Shown here: piece after piece, positions 10,551 through 21,284 of the stretch | How the letters are laid out: every line of letters starts with the position of its first letter | How positions within the stretch are numbered: position 1 is the stretch's first letter | Assembly: GCA_965203315.1 (NCBI GenBank) | Contig: OZ241857.1 | Coordinates: 1,344,001-1,408,000, forward strand | Reading direction: 5' to 3' | Source of the DNA: Nitrosopumilus sp. | GTDB taxonomy: Archaea; Thermoproteota; Nitrososphaeria; Nitrososphaerales; Nitrosopumilaceae | DNA length: 64,000 bases | Notes under the pieces: generated by a model | Seen by the model: the letters and a program-made list of their open reading frames with translations, nothing else | Databases searched by the model: none | What the model was told of the DNA's origin: nothing | Translations under genes and position numbers: made by a program

Positions 10551-11045
10551 ATGAATGGTCTACTAGTTGGACGCTTTCAACCATTTCATCTAGGTCATCT
10601 AGCAGCTCTAAAGTTTGCATTATGTTATGTAGATAAGCTGTGGTTGGGTCTAGGCAGCTCAAACAGACCTATTTCGAAACAGAATCCATTCTCTACTAAA
10701 GAACGAGAGATCATGATCCGTAACTCCCTCGATGATGATACAAATGCCAAGATATCTATATACGATATACCAGACTTTGAGAATCATAAACAATGGATCA
10801 GAGAGATCGATGCAATAGTGCCCAACTTTGAGATCATATTCTCTAATGATCCACTAACTAGACATCTATACGCAGATCGTAATGTTCGCGTTGTGGATAT
10901 ACCATTTCTCGACAGAGACATTCTATCTGGAACCCATATACGAGATCTCGTACGTGAGAATAAACGATGGGAACATCTAGTACCTGACGGAACCAAAAAC
11001 TTTCTAATTCAAAATAGTGCCAGCAGACGACTAAAGAGTCTCTAG
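10551..11045 (+). CDS. nadM: Nicotinamide-nucleotide adenylyltransferase
   Basis: GRFQPFHLGH, NPF, SGT.IR, W.HLVP. Confidence 0.9.
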   Translation: MNGLLVGRFQPFHLGHLAALKFALCYVDKLWLGLGSSNRPISKQNPFSTKEREIMIRNSLDDDTNAKISIYDIPDFENHKQWIREIDAIVPNFEIIFSNDPLTRHLYADRNVRVVDIPFLDRDILSGTHIRDLVRENKRWEHLVPDGTKNFLIQNSASRRLKSL

Positions 11046-11079
11046 TTATAAATAAAGCAATCAAGCACACAGATCATAC

Positions 11080-12225
11080 ATGGAATATCTGTCAATGTTA
11101 CCTGGACCTACAAATGTCCCAAATCGAGTTATGCGAGCAATGCTTGCACCGATAATAAATCACCGTAGTGATGACTTTGTCGAGCTGTATACGGATGTTA
11201 TTGCCAAGACACAGCAGATCTTTGAGACGCAGAATGATATCGTTGCACTATCTGCTTCTGGTACGGGAGCTGTAGAGGCAGGTGTTGTAAATTTAGTAAA
11301 AAAGGGCGACAAGATAATCATTCCAGTAAATGGTGAGTTTAGTAACAGATTATCTCAACTCATCGCGAATCAAGGTGCAGATGTTGTACGTCTAGAGACT
11401 CCACCTGGTGAGAATGCCACATTTGATCAAGTAAAAGCTGCCTTTGACAACAATCCAGACGTTAAAGCATTCTATGTTGTTCATAACGAGACATCTACTG
11501 GAACTATGGTAAACTATCTAGACCGTGTCTCTGATCTGACCTCTAGAAACGATGCATTCTATGTCGTAGATTCTGTATCTCTCTTGGGTGGATCTCAGTT
11601 GCCCGTGGATAAATGGAATATTGATGTATGTATGACTGGTGCACAAAAAGCTATTGCGGCACCCCCTGGAATATCACCCATCTCTGTTAGTCCACGAGCA
11701 AAAAAGTACATGATGGAGAATCCACCAAATACAATGTACTTTAATCTAGCTCGATACTTCAAGTATTATGAAGAGTCGAGACACACTCCATTCACTCCAG
11801 CACTGCCATTACTCTATGCATATCGTGAAGCACTCACAATGATGTTAGAGGAGGGTTTGGAGAATATATTCAAGAGACACCGAGTCTGCTCTGATGCATT
11901 ATACTCTGCTCTTAGCGCAATAGGGTTGACTCCGTTTGCAAAAAAAGAGGATCGCTCTATATCCATAGTTGCATTGAACTATCTAGATGGACTCGAAGAC
12001 AAGATGTTCCGAGACACACTTGCCAACCAGTTTAAAGTTCTCGTTGCAGGCGGATTTGGTAATCTCAAAGGAAAGGTATTTCGAGTTGGATGTATGGGTG
12101 AGGTTGGTCCATATCATGTCATGCGAACAGTCTCTGCAATCTCGTCGACGCTATCGATGATGGGATTCAAGACTGATTCTCAAACTGGACTACAGACAGC
12201 TCAAGATGTACTCAAACAACTCTAA
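11080..12225 (+). CDS. Class V PLP aminotransferase (serine-pyruvate/aspartate type)
   Basis: LPGPT, SGTGAVEA, HNETSTG, GAQKAIAAPPG. Confidence 0.92.
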   Translation: MEYLSMLPGPTNVPNRVMRAMLAPIINHRSDDFVELYTDVIAKTQQIFETQNDIVALSASGTGAVEAGVVNLVKKGDKIIIPVNGEFSNRLSQLIANQGADVVRLETPPGENATFDQVKAAFDNNPDVKAFYVVHNETSTGTMVNYLDRVSDLTSRNDAFYVVDSVSLLGGSQLPVDKWNIDVCMTGAQKAIAAPPGISPISVSPRAKKYMMENPPNTMYFNLARYFKYYEESRHTPFTPALPLLYAYREALTMMLEEGLENIFKRHRVCSDALYSALSAIGLTPFAKKEDRSISIVALNYLDGLEDKMFRDTLANQFKVLVAGGFGNLKGKVFRVGCMGEVGPYHVMRTVSAISSTLSMMGFKTDSQTGLQTAQDVLKQL

Positions 12226-12375
12226 TGTGCGTATCGTGATGTGTCATACTGTACACTGGACATTGTACACCACGCCAATAAGCAAATTCACACTAGATGT
12301 AAAGTTCAAATCTAGTATCGCAAATTAGATCTAGATGTATTGACATTAATATAAGGAAATTCAAAAGCTTTCGTA

Positions 12376-13284
12376 TTGACCTTTGATACAGACTCACTCA
12401 TTCTTGTAGACTATACTGTGATGATCAAAGAAGACAATATACTATTTAGTACTACATCCGAATCGATTGCAAGAGAACATAATGTTTATGACATTGATAA
12501 ACGATATGTTCCATCACTCGTCTCAATTAACAATCCTGCTTATCCTCAACGAAAGAAGATCAATGACGCACTTGCGCAATCTAGTGTGGGTGATACACTA
12601 ACAGTCGAGCTTGCTCCTCAAGACGCCTTTGGAGATAGAGATCCCAACAAAGTCCGAGTTATTCCACTTAGAAAACTAGGTGACGATGCAGATAAAATAT
12701 TTGTTGGCGCGCAAGTCAAAGTAGACGACAAAGAAGGTGTTGTTAGACTGATCAGCTCTGGCAGAGTCCGAATCGATTTCAATCACAAATTTGCAGGCAA
12801 GTCTTTGGTATATGATATGACGATTGTACAATCACTCGATACTCTTGACCTAAAGATTACCGAGATCATCAAAAATACATTCGCTATAGAAAACGATCTG
12901 ATTGATTACAAACTAGATGACGACAATCTAACCATTGCTATACCGTCGAAGATGTTTCTAGACGTAGATCTCTCAAGATTTAAAAATATTGTCAAAGATG
13001 ATATCTTTGAATTTATTCCAACCATCAAGGCAGTTGTATTTACCGAGACGTACAGAAATGAAGACTTTGAGGCCGACTTTGTGCCAGAGACAACCTATAC
13101 CCAATCAGAGACACCATATCCCTCCATAACACCATACACGGCATCAACCGACCCCGAGACATCTAGTGTAGACGAAGCCGACCCCGAGACGCCAACCTTA
13201 GAGTCTACGGACATATTTGACTCATCTACTGATACGCCGATAATAGATTCAGAGTCTGCAAGTTCGGATGAAGACAAATCCTAG
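12376..13284 (+). CDS. FKBP-type (SlyD-like long form) PPIase with acidic Ser/Thr-rich tail
   Basis: PQDAFGDRD, GRVRIDFNHKFAGK. Confidence 0.85.
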   Translation: MTFDTDSLILVDYTVMIKEDNILFSTTSESIAREHNVYDIDKRYVPSLVSINNPAYPQRKKINDALAQSSVGDTLTVELAPQDAFGDRDPNKVRVIPLRKLGDDADKIFVGAQVKVDDKEGVVRLISSGRVRIDFNHKFAGKSLVYDMTIVQSLDTLDLKITEIIKNTFAIENDLIDYKLDDDNLTIAIPSKMFLDVDLSRFKNIVKDDIFEFIPTIKAVVFTETYRNEDFEADFVPETTYTQSETPYPSITPYTASTDPETSSVDEADPETPTLESTDIFDSSTDTPIIDSESASSDEDKS

Positions 13285-14339
13285 ATGATATTGGTACTCT
13301 TGGCAAGATTTAATGCCTTTCTCTCTGTCATGTTGATCTCTTTTAGTATTGTATAACGATCTTCTCTCAACCCTTGAGCCATCTGTAACGCATCGACTAT
13401 CTCGTCTGGCGAGAGATCGATCTCTTTTGCTGTAGTCGGTGCTCCAACATTCTTTAGCGCTGTTCGAATCTTTCTCCAATCTTGTCTGTGTAGTTTGGAC
13501 ATCATTATCGCCCCAATCCCACATTTTTCACCATGTAGCCCTCTCTCTGGTGCAATTCTGTCTAACGCATGTGAGAATAAATGCTCTGATCCCGAACATG
13601 GTCTACTACTTCCTGCAATACATGATGCAACTCCTGCACTGATCAACCCCTCTACAATCATTCTTGCGTCTATACCATCCTTTGCGAATCTATTCGAGTT
13701 CTCGATGATCATCTTTGCACTCATCAGTGCAAGCTGCGCAGAATATCTACCATAGTACTCATCGATCCTCTTGTGTCCCAACTGCCAATCTTTTACAGCT
13801 ATAATGTTTGCGATCAGATCACCACACCCACTAGCCAAGAGTCGCTTTGGAGCCCTCTTGATCACATCAATATCTACGAATACGCCTATGGGTGTAGTGG
13901 CATTTTTTGAGTACGGTTTATCTCCTTTTATTGATACAAAAGGACTGGCCATTCCATCATGTGATGCAGCTGTAGGCATACTGACAAATGGTCTCTCTAG
14001 ATTAAATGAGATCATCTTTGCAGCGTCTACAGATCGTCCTCCACCAATCCCGATTATAACATCTGATCTATCTCTCTCAACTTTACGTTGTATCTCTTTT
14101 ATGGATGGGATATCATTGTCTTTGGTCATGTGCCATGTGTAGTGAATATTCTTTGTATTGAGCGATCGCTCTATCTCTCTCTTTAACACGCGCTGTACAT
14201 TTGTCCCAGAGATCAACGAGACTGCTCTTGGCTTCTCCAACGATTGTAAGAACGCACCAAACTTGCCGATATTTCTGTCACCGATCTCAATAAGTCTAGG
14301 CAACTCCATCGTATGTGACTTCATACCATCTCGATCCAT
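13281..14339 (-). CDS. egsA: sn-glycerol-1-phosphate dehydrogenase
   Basis: GGGRSVDAAK, PTAASHDG, SRPCSGSEHLFSH, LHGEKC. Confidence 0.95.
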   Translation of the reverse strand: MDRDGMKSHTMELPRLIEIGDRNIGKFGAFLQSLEKPRAVSLISGTNVQRVLKREIERSLNTKNIHYTWHMTKDNDIPSIKEIQRKVERDRSDVIIGIGGGRSVDAAKMISFNLERPFVSMPTAASHDGMASPFVSIKGDKPYSKNATTPIGVFVDIDVIKRAPKRLLASGCGDLIANIIAVKDWQLGHKRIDEYYGRYSAQLALMSAKMIIENSNRFAKDGIDARMIVEGLISAGVASCIAGSSRPCSGSEHLFSHALDRIAPERGLHGEKCGIGAIMMSKLHRQDWRKIRTALKNVGAPTTAKEIDLSPDEIVDALQMAQGLREDRYTILKEINMTERKALNLAKSTNII

Positions 14340-14410
14340 GCTCGTTATTTATGATTTGAATGGATTAACAAGTTATTTAAGAGGGTAAAGTCTCAATTAG
14401 AGTATCTTAG

Positions 14411-15049
14411 GTGTATTTTTTGGTAAATATTCAAGAAAAGATTCTACACGGGACTACCACAGTAGGTATCCAAGCAAGCGATGGCATTGTCTTGTGTGCC
14501 GACATGCGAGCTAGTGCTGGATACTTTGTCGCAACCAACACTACGATGAAGATTACACAGATCGATATTCATGCTGGTCTCACTATGGCAGGTGGTGTGG
14601 CAGACGCACAAAATATTGTAGATATACTATGTTATCACGCAAATCTCAATCGGGTTGAAAAGCAGAGACCGATCCGAATTGCTTCGATTGCAAGACTATG
14701 TTCATTAATATTTCATCAAAACCGTGGCTATCCATTTATCGCAGATATTCTCGTCGGAGGTTATGACGACGATGGTCCCTCACTGTTTAATATTGATACA
14801 TATGGTTCAGTTGAACGGAAACAATATGTCTCTACAGGAAGTGGCTCACCTGTTGCATATGGACTACTCGATAATGAGTACCGTGATGATCTAACAATTG
14901 ACGAAGCAAAAGATATTGCTCTACGCGCTGTAAGATCGGCAATAATCAGAAACATTGGAACAGGAGATGGCATCAATATCGCAACTATAACCAAAGACGG
15001 CTTTAAAATATTAACTGATGAACAAAAGAAGACTGTTATTGAACTTTAG
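14411..15049 (+). CDS. psmB: Proteasome beta subunit
   Basis: Propeptide then GTTTVGI, ADMRAS, GSGS. Confidence 0.95.
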   Translation: MYFLVNIQEKILHGTTTVGIQASDGIVLCADMRASAGYFVATNTTMKITQIDIHAGLTMAGGVADAQNIVDILCYHANLNRVEKQRPIRIASIARLCSLIFHQNRGYPFIADILVGGYDDDGPSLFNIDTYGSVERKQYVSTGSGSPVAYGLLDNEYRDDLTIDEAKDIALRAVRSAIIRNIGTGDGINIATITKDGFKILTDEQKKTVIEL

Positions 15050-15056
15050 TGATTTA

Positions 15057-16994
15057 ATGCAAAGAAAACAACCACCAAAAGAGATACCTAGTAGCCAAAA
15101 CATAATGGCGACGATACTGCAAAGTATCCCCAAAGAGGCCAAGGTTACAAAGATCGAGTACGAGGGACCGCGAATTGCACTGTTTACAAAATCACCCAAG
15201 TATCTCTTAGAGAATAGTAGTATAATATCAAATCTAGTTAGCGTTATCAAGAAACGCATAGTTGTACGTACAGACGAGTCTATCCGCAAATCTGAAGATG
15301 ATGCACGAAAGATCTTGACTGAACGTGTACCAAAAGACGCGAAACTCGAAGGTATGGTATTTGATACAGCAACAGGCGAGGTCTCTGTTGAAGTAAAACG
15401 CCCATGGCTCTTGCAGCGTAATCCACAAGAGTTCAATCATGCAGAGATAACCGAAGAGATTGGATGGAAGATGCGAATACGTAAAGCAACGACTATACCA
15501 TCACGTACTATTCAAATCATCAATGCAACACTCAAACAATCTGCAGCTGAACGTAGCAAACAACTGAAACAGTTTGGCGACGAGATATTTAGACCACGCA
15601 TCTCGCAACGAACCGAGGTCTCGTTGTATACACTTGGTGGCTTTGGACAAGTTGGTAGATCTTCGCTACTATTATCTACTCCAGAGAGCAAGATCTTGAT
15701 CGATTGTGGTATAAATCCAGGTGCTAGATCGCCTATGGACTCTTTTCCTAGACTCGACTCGTTAAATTTGAATCTAGATGAGATCGATGCTGTCGTGATC
15801 GGACACGCTCATTTGGATCATACAGGCTTTCTACCTGTACTCTGCAAGTATGGTTACAAGGGACCCATATACTGTACAGAGCCTACACTGCCCATGATGA
15901 ACTTGATTCAACTAGATGCGATCAAAGTCTCTGCTGCACAAGGTCGAACTCCGGTATATGCAGACCGTGATGTAAAACAAGTGATAAAACAAGCAATAAC
16001 CATCCCATATGGAACTGTAACCGATATCTCACCTGATATCAAACTTGTACTAGCTAATGCAGGTCATATTCTAGGCTCAGCTCTATGTCACTTTCATATT
16101 GGAAATGGTGATCACAACTTTGTATACAGTGGCGACATAAAGTTCGGTAAAAGCATACTGTTTGAAGCTGCGAACTGGAACTTTCCGCGTGTGGAGACTC
16201 TATTGATAGAGAGTACATATGGACTCAAAGAGGATATACAACCTAGCAGACAAGAGGTCGAGTCGGCATTCATCAACGCTGTAAACAATACACTAGCTGA
16301 CGGTGGTAAAGTATTGATTCCTATTCCAGCTGTAGGACGAGCTCAAGAGATCATGATGGTTATAGATCATTACATGAAGTTGGGGCAGATGATCGAAGCG
16401 CCAGTATTTACTGAAGGAATGATATCTGAAGCATCTGCAATACACGAATCGTATCCAGAATATCTTGCGCGAGAGCTACGACAAAAGATCTTGGAGACTG
16501 ATGATAATCCATTTGATTCAGAATACTTTACAAATATAGAACATGCAGATGCTCGCGAAGAACCCATGCGAGCTGACTCGCCTTGTATAATATTAGCGAC
16601 ATCTGGAATGTTGGAAGGCGGACCGGTATTAGAGTACTTTAAGAATATTGCACCTGACGCAAAGAACAAACTCTTGTTTGTATCGTACCAAGTAAATGGA
16701 ACATTGGGTCGTAGAGTCTTGGATGGTTCTAAACAAGTATCAATGTTAGGCAAAGAAGGTAAAGTCGAAGTTGTTACAATAAATTGTAATGTAGAAAAGT
16801 TGGATGGGTTTAGTGGTCATAGTGATTATAATCAACTAATGTCATTTGTACAGAGATTGCGTCCAAAACTTCGCCGTGTATTAGTAAATCATGGAGAACG
16901 AAAAAAGTCTGAAAACCTCGCAATGAACATAAGACGCGTGTACAAACTTCCTTCACATTATCCTCAAATTCAAGAAGGGATCAAATTATTTTAG
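15057..16994 (+). CDS. fttA: KH-domain beta-CASP ribonuclease aCPSF1/FttA
   Basis: EYEGP, HAHLDH, AGHILGS, FSGHSD, NHGE; start at 15057 avoids overlap with psmB. Confidence 0.93.
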   Translation: MQRKQPPKEIPSSQNIMATILQSIPKEAKVTKIEYEGPRIALFTKSPKYLLENSSIISNLVSVIKKRIVVRTDESIRKSEDDARKILTERVPKDAKLEGMVFDTATGEVSVEVKRPWLLQRNPQEFNHAEITEEIGWKMRIRKATTIPSRTIQIINATLKQSAAERSKQLKQFGDEIFRPRISQRTEVSLYTLGGFGQVGRSSLLLSTPESKILIDCGINPGARSPMDSFPRLDSLNLNLDEIDAVVIGHAHLDHTGFLPVLCKYGYKGPIYCTEPTLPMMNLIQLDAIKVSAAQGRTPVYADRDVKQVIKQAITIPYGTVTDISPDIKLVLANAGHILGSALCHFHIGNGDHNFVYSGDIKFGKSILFEAANWNFPRVETLLIESTYGLKEDIQPSRQEVESAFINAVNNTLADGGKVLIPIPAVGRAQEIMMVIDHYMKLGQMIEAPVFTEGMISEASAIHESYPEYLARELRQKILETDDNPFDSEYFTNIEHADAREEPMRADSPCIILATSGMLEGGPVLEYFKNIAPDAKNKLLFVSYQVNGTLGRRVLDGSKQVSMLGKEGKVEVVTINCNVEKLDGFSGHSDYNQLMSFVQRLRPKLRRVLVNHGERKKSENLAMNIRRVYKLPSHYPQIQEGIKLF

Positions 16995-17294
16995 ATCATA
17001 CTCGGGCTTCCATATCTTGATGCCCGACGGCGCAATGATGATTCGTTCATCACCTAGTCTGGCAATATCAGATCCTGAAGCCTTTGCTATGGAGTATAGT
17101 TCTTCAACAACCGTTCTTAGCTGATCAACGTCTTTCTGTGCTAGTGGTGTAACTCTTAGGATCAGTATCATGTCTTTCTTGATATCCTCCTTTATGGAAT
17201 GGACATCACTGACGTCTCGTATGGTTATCGCCTTGAGGTATGTCGGGCTCTCTTGCTTTTGCATCTTGTACAATAAGAGATCGCACTTACTCAA
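16986..17294 (-). CDS. sepF: Cell division protein SepF (archaeal)
   Basis: IKEDIK..MILIL..TPL, SDIARLGDERIIIAPSGIKI. Confidence 0.8.
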   Translation of the reverse strand: MSKCDLLLYKMQKQESPTYLKAITIRDVSDVHSIKEDIKKDMILILRVTPLAQKDVDQLRTVVEELYSIAKASGSDIARLGDERIIIAPSGIKIWKPEYDLK

Positions 17295-17327
17295 AAACTC
17301 TTCTCTAATCTGGTAAAGATTTCGTGC

Positions 17328-18332
17328 CTAGATTCGAAATTTGGCATACTCTGACTCGTCTACTGGCTCTGTTGTGTGCTCTTTGATGATATCGTTGATC
17401 TTGACCAAGATCACTCCCTGCTGAGCCTTCGGGGCATCAGAGTATCTTAACGTGACTGCAGCCGCAAACGATACATGCTCTTTCGCATTCGTGCCACGAA
17501 GTATCGATATCGGTCCAACATGATCCTTTGCCTCAAACAAGATATCGTCATGTAGTGCAATCGATGAGATGATATCATTCTCTCTCTTGTTTCTTCCTAC
17601 AACAAACTTTGTTTCATTATCTAATCTAAAATGTCTACCAACCTTTAACAGATCAATATCATTGATACTTGGTGTCTCGATATGTTCAAAGAGATCTCTT
17701 GCCTTTACACCAAAAGCTGGTTCAGTTAATAGACAACCTCCTCCTGCATTTGGTGGATTCTCTATTCCATACTCTGCTGCCATCTTTAGTTGTATCTTTC
17801 TAGATCTACCTTTGATCATGCCTAAATTTTCTCGTTTAATCAAACCATCTCTCTCTGGATCTGTTGGCGGTAATAGTTGTGCAGATAATGGCCTAACTAT
17901 CTTTCCTTTTAGATCAGACTCTTTTTCAATTGTTCGTAGTGCTTGTCCATACTGACTCATTGGGCGTTGACCTAAAACTTCACCTGATATTATAAATTCA
18001 GCCCCAATATCTTCCATGTGTTCCTTTGCTGCATCAAACATCATTGCGCGACAGTCTATACATGGATTAAATCCGGCGCCTCTTCCATGTTTTGGTTTCT
18101 TCAACATCTCGATATATTCATCACCTAGATATACTGTCTTGAGATCTATGTTTAGATCATCTGCGCGTTCTCTGATCTCAAAACCACAGCCACGTCCACA
18201 ATCGAAATCACAAAAAGGTGTCTTTATTGCAACTGCCGATACCTCAAACCCTTGCTCTTGCATCATCTTTACTGCTAGCTGACTATCTAATCCTCCTGAT
18301 AGTAGAGCAACTACCTTCTTTGACATATACAC
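17328..18332 (-). CDS. PP-loop tRNA sulfurtransferase-like protein (ThiI/MnmA-like)
   Basis: SGGLDS, NPCIDC, GEVLGQRPMSQ, GGGCLLT. Confidence 0.8.
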   Translation of the reverse strand: MYMSKKVVALLSGGLDSQLAVKMMQEQGFEVSAVAIKTPFCDFDCGRGCGFEIRERADDLNIDLKTVYLGDEYIEMLKKPKHGRGAGFNPCIDCRAMMFDAAKEHMEDIGAEFIISGEVLGQRPMSQYGQALRTIEKESDLKGKIVRPLSAQLLPPTDPERDGLIKRENLGMIKGRSRKIQLKMAAEYGIENPPNAGGGCLLTEPAFGVKARDLFEHIETPSINDIDLLKVGRHFRLDNETKFVVGRNKRENDIISSIALHDDILFEAKDHVGPISILRGTNAKEHVSFAAAVTLRYSDAPKAQQGVILVKINDIIKEHTTEPVDESEYAKFRI

Positions 18333-18697
18333 CAGAATATTTTTTCATATATACAGTTTACATTACATGTGTTGTTACTAATATCAAATTGTATGATGTT
18401 ATGCTATGTTGTTATCCACGTCACAACAATCAGACATAATCATAACGAATATTTTTCATAACAGTCTAATGTGTAATCTGCTAGTGATATTTGGATAGTG
18501 CCATACTTACCTGACACGAGCTTTACCAACTATTTCTAGTCGACTATCTCAAGGCATAGGTATGGCTATACATCGGGTTGTATTGTAATATAAAAGGCTA
18601 ACTGAGGATCTACATATGACTCGTGTCGAATATTTATTTTAGATATCTATAATTTAGTGAACAAAATCAAGGTCAATTATTTAATTATTGTCTACAT

Positions 18698-19618
18698 TTA
18701 AAACTCTTCAAAATAGCTTTCGTCTATTTTTTTCAGTTCAATAGTATTTGATATCAAAATACCAACATTATGTTCTATCAAAAGCTTGGTAAGATAATTA
18801 CCGTCTATTAAAATCACATTTGTATGTGTGTTTTTAATCCATTCTTTTGCACTTTGGCTAAAACTTGAGGTTGTTATGAATATTCCCTTTTGTGTATTTG
18901 TTGCCGTTAATGCACCCACAAAATCTCGTAATTCTCGTTCACCAACTACATTTTGCCATTTTTTAGCTTGAGTATAGATCTTTTCTAACCCAAGCTTGTC
19001 TTGTCCAATTATTCCGTCAATTCCATGATCACCAGATTTACCTGTATGTTTAATATTGTCTCCATATCCCATCTTTTTAAATAGTTTTAGAACTAAATAT
19101 TCAAAACCTTGATCAGATAGAGATTTCACTTTTTCAAGTAGTTCGTCTTCTAACTCTCTCACAAATTCAAACTGTCCTTCTTCAATTAACTCTATAGGCG
19201 TCTTATTCACTATGGTATCATTTTGAAGTTTAGATGGATAATTATCTAATGTTGCATCAGACTTGTCCTCATCATCTCTTTTGTCATGCCATTTGACGAA
19301 CGCTGGAAAGTTGTAGAGATATTTAAGATCAGTTTTTTTAGGATTCTCAGCTAGTACATCAAGACCCTGTTGTGTTATTCTATAAATTCCACGACTTGTT
19401 GATTCTATAAATTTAGCATGTTTCATGTACGAGTTAGCCCAAGTAACCCTATCGTATATACGCGACTGTCCACTAGGCGTCCTTTCATTCTTTTCCTCTT
19501 CGGTAAAATTGAACTGTTCGATTATTCTTTCAATCAACTGACTAATCTTGTACTCTCTTTGATCTTTCATAATATGTAATATTGGAAGCATTAATTCATA
19601 ATGAGTCGGTATTGTCAT
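18698..19618 (-). CDS. mrr: Mrr-family (type IV) restriction endonuclease
   Basis: Mrr_N wHTH (IPTH.ELMLP, DRVTWANSYM) and GD.GIDG...QAKKW...FITTS. Confidence 0.92.
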   Translation of the reverse strand: MTIPTHYELMLPILHIMKDQREYKISQLIERIIEQFNFTEEEKNERTPSGQSRIYDRVTWANSYMKHAKFIESTSRGIYRITQQGLDVLAENPKKTDLKYLYNFPAFVKWHDKRDDEDKSDATLDNYPSKLQNDTIVNKTPIELIEEGQFEFVRELEDELLEKVKSLSDQGFEYLVLKLFKKMGYGDNIKHTGKSGDHGIDGIIGQDKLGLEKIYTQAKKWQNVVGERELRDFVGALTATNTQKGIFITTSSFSQSAKEWIKNTHTNVILIDGNYLTKLLIEHNVGILISNTIELKKIDESYFEEF

Positions 19619-19740
19619 TATACAAAACAGATATTTTTAATATTTATACATATTCCACATTCGTTCATGCATTTTCCATGATCAACTATAACGTGTCTGT
19701 TCTCTTGACATATTAAATAGACGCATGCGCTTTCATCTAT

Positions 19741-20244
19741 ATGAAGCAGACCAAAATCTATCAAGGCAAGATACTAGGCTTGAGCACCTATGAAGGTGAG
19801 ATCGAAGGACGGCAAGTAAAGCGTGAGATAATCGAACACAGAGGAGCTGCCGCAATACTCGGATTTGATGAACATGGAATGGTTATCCTAGTCAGACAAC
19901 ATCGATTCCCACATGGCTATGTCCTAGAGATCCCAGCAGGAACTCTAGAACCCGGAGAAGATCCTCTAGACTGCGCGTTTAGAGAATTTACAGAAGAGAC
20001 TGGATACAAAGCAGAAGAGATGACTCCGCTAATCTCATACTATCCATCGATCGGCTACAACTCTGAGATCATTCACTGCTTTGTAGCAACTAGTACAACA
20101 AAGGTAGCAGATCTAAAACTAGATGATGATGAGATTCTAAATGTCACAAAACTAGATATCAAAGATATACACAAGATGATTATATCTGGAGAGATTCAAG
20201 ACTCTAAAACAATATGTGCAGTTTTAACATACATGACCAACTAA
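19741..20244 (+). CDS. NUDIX hydrolase (ADP-ribose pyrophosphatase-like)
   Basis: Nudix box G.LEPGEDPLDCAFREFTEETGY. Confidence 0.9.
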   Translation: MKQTKIYQGKILGLSTYEGEIEGRQVKREIIEHRGAAAILGFDEHGMVILVRQHRFPHGYVLEIPAGTLEPGEDPLDCAFREFTEETGYKAEEMTPLISYYPSIGYNSEIIHCFVATSTTKVADLKLDDDEILNVTKLDIKDIHKMIISGEIQDSKTICAVLTYMTN

Positions 20245-21218
20245 TTGTATATCGGCTTTACCAGATCAGCTACATCTGCCCAAGACTGTATGGTTCTCTC
20301 AAACATGTATATCAGATCTAGAAATATTATTGGTATCTCTTTCTTATTTCCTAATGTGGTTCGCAGACTACTCAACTTGGATTCTAGTTCTTTATGCATA
20401 GATATTGCTTCAATAGCAAGATGTCTGTTCGATGTCGTAAATGCATCTATGGACTTTTCAGCTAGACGATCAAAGTCTTTAACAACACCAAAGAGTCTCT
20501 TTGTGTATACTTTGGATAATGACGAATCATGTATTGTATCTGCAAGCTCGACGATTGTATCGCCACCATTCTCAAGTAGATTTGCAGCTATTCTATAATC
20601 CAAGATATCAATATTCTCTAGATTAAACGTATTTGCAAGTTGTCTATCTCCTAATGTACTACGGATAAGTCTAACAAGCAAAAAGTACTGTCGATTAACC
20701 TCTGCATCACGTTTCGATATTGTTGTTAGGGTTGATCTGTCGTCTAGTACTAAACCATTTGTTACATCATTGTACATGCCGAGCGCAATAGAACTCATCC
20801 TCTTGAGTATCTTTTGTGGATTAACCGTAGTCGAATCTAGTAAAAACTGCATCATAATATGTGACGAATCTTCCTCTATTATCTCCATACCAACTAGTCG
20901 ACGCATAGAGTTGCGAATCTTCTCGCGCTCCTCTCCCGGTATAACCGAATCTGATTTAACATGAATCACATCATATCCTAATAGATATGCTCCTGTGATA
21001 TCGGCTACAATATTCTCTTCTTTAGGTAGTGGATACGATATCAAGAGATCTTTGGTGGGTCGTACATCCTTGTTTACCGAGATCGATATACTATCATGTT
21101 TGGTCTCGATCTCTACCTGACTACTCTTTGTGAGGCCATTCGCATCGATCCACTCTTTGGGTAGCGACACTAGGATACTGCTGCCTATCTTTTGTAACCG
21201 TCGAATGAATTTAGCCAA
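20241..21218 (-). CDS. AbrB-PhoU phosphate uptake regulator
   Basis: RRLQKIGSS..VSLPKEW N-terminus followed by PhoU helical repeats. Confidence 0.87.
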   Translation of the reverse strand: MAKFIRRLQKIGSSILVSLPKEWIDANGLTKSSQVEIETKHDSISISVNKDVRPTKDLLISYPLPKEENIVADITGAYLLGYDVIHVKSDSVIPGEEREKIRNSMRRLVGMEIIEEDSSHIMMQFLLDSTTVNPQKILKRMSSIALGMYNDVTNGLVLDDRSTLTTISKRDAEVNRQYFLLVRLIRSTLGDRQLANTFNLENIDILDYRIAANLLENGGDTIVELADTIHDSSLSKVYTKRLFGVVKDFDRLAEKSIDAFTTSNRHLAIEAISMHKELESKLSSLRTTLGNKKEIPIIFLDLIYMFERTIQSWADVADLVKPIYN

Positions 21219-21284
21219 TTTATATCAATTTATATAATTTAATCCATATTCTTATATTTTATGCAAAGTTTAAATTTTATAGGT

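Noticed and set aside
13148-13190. 13-bp repeat in the FKBP tail
   Set aside because: Ordinary in-frame duplication in a low-complexity acidic tail.
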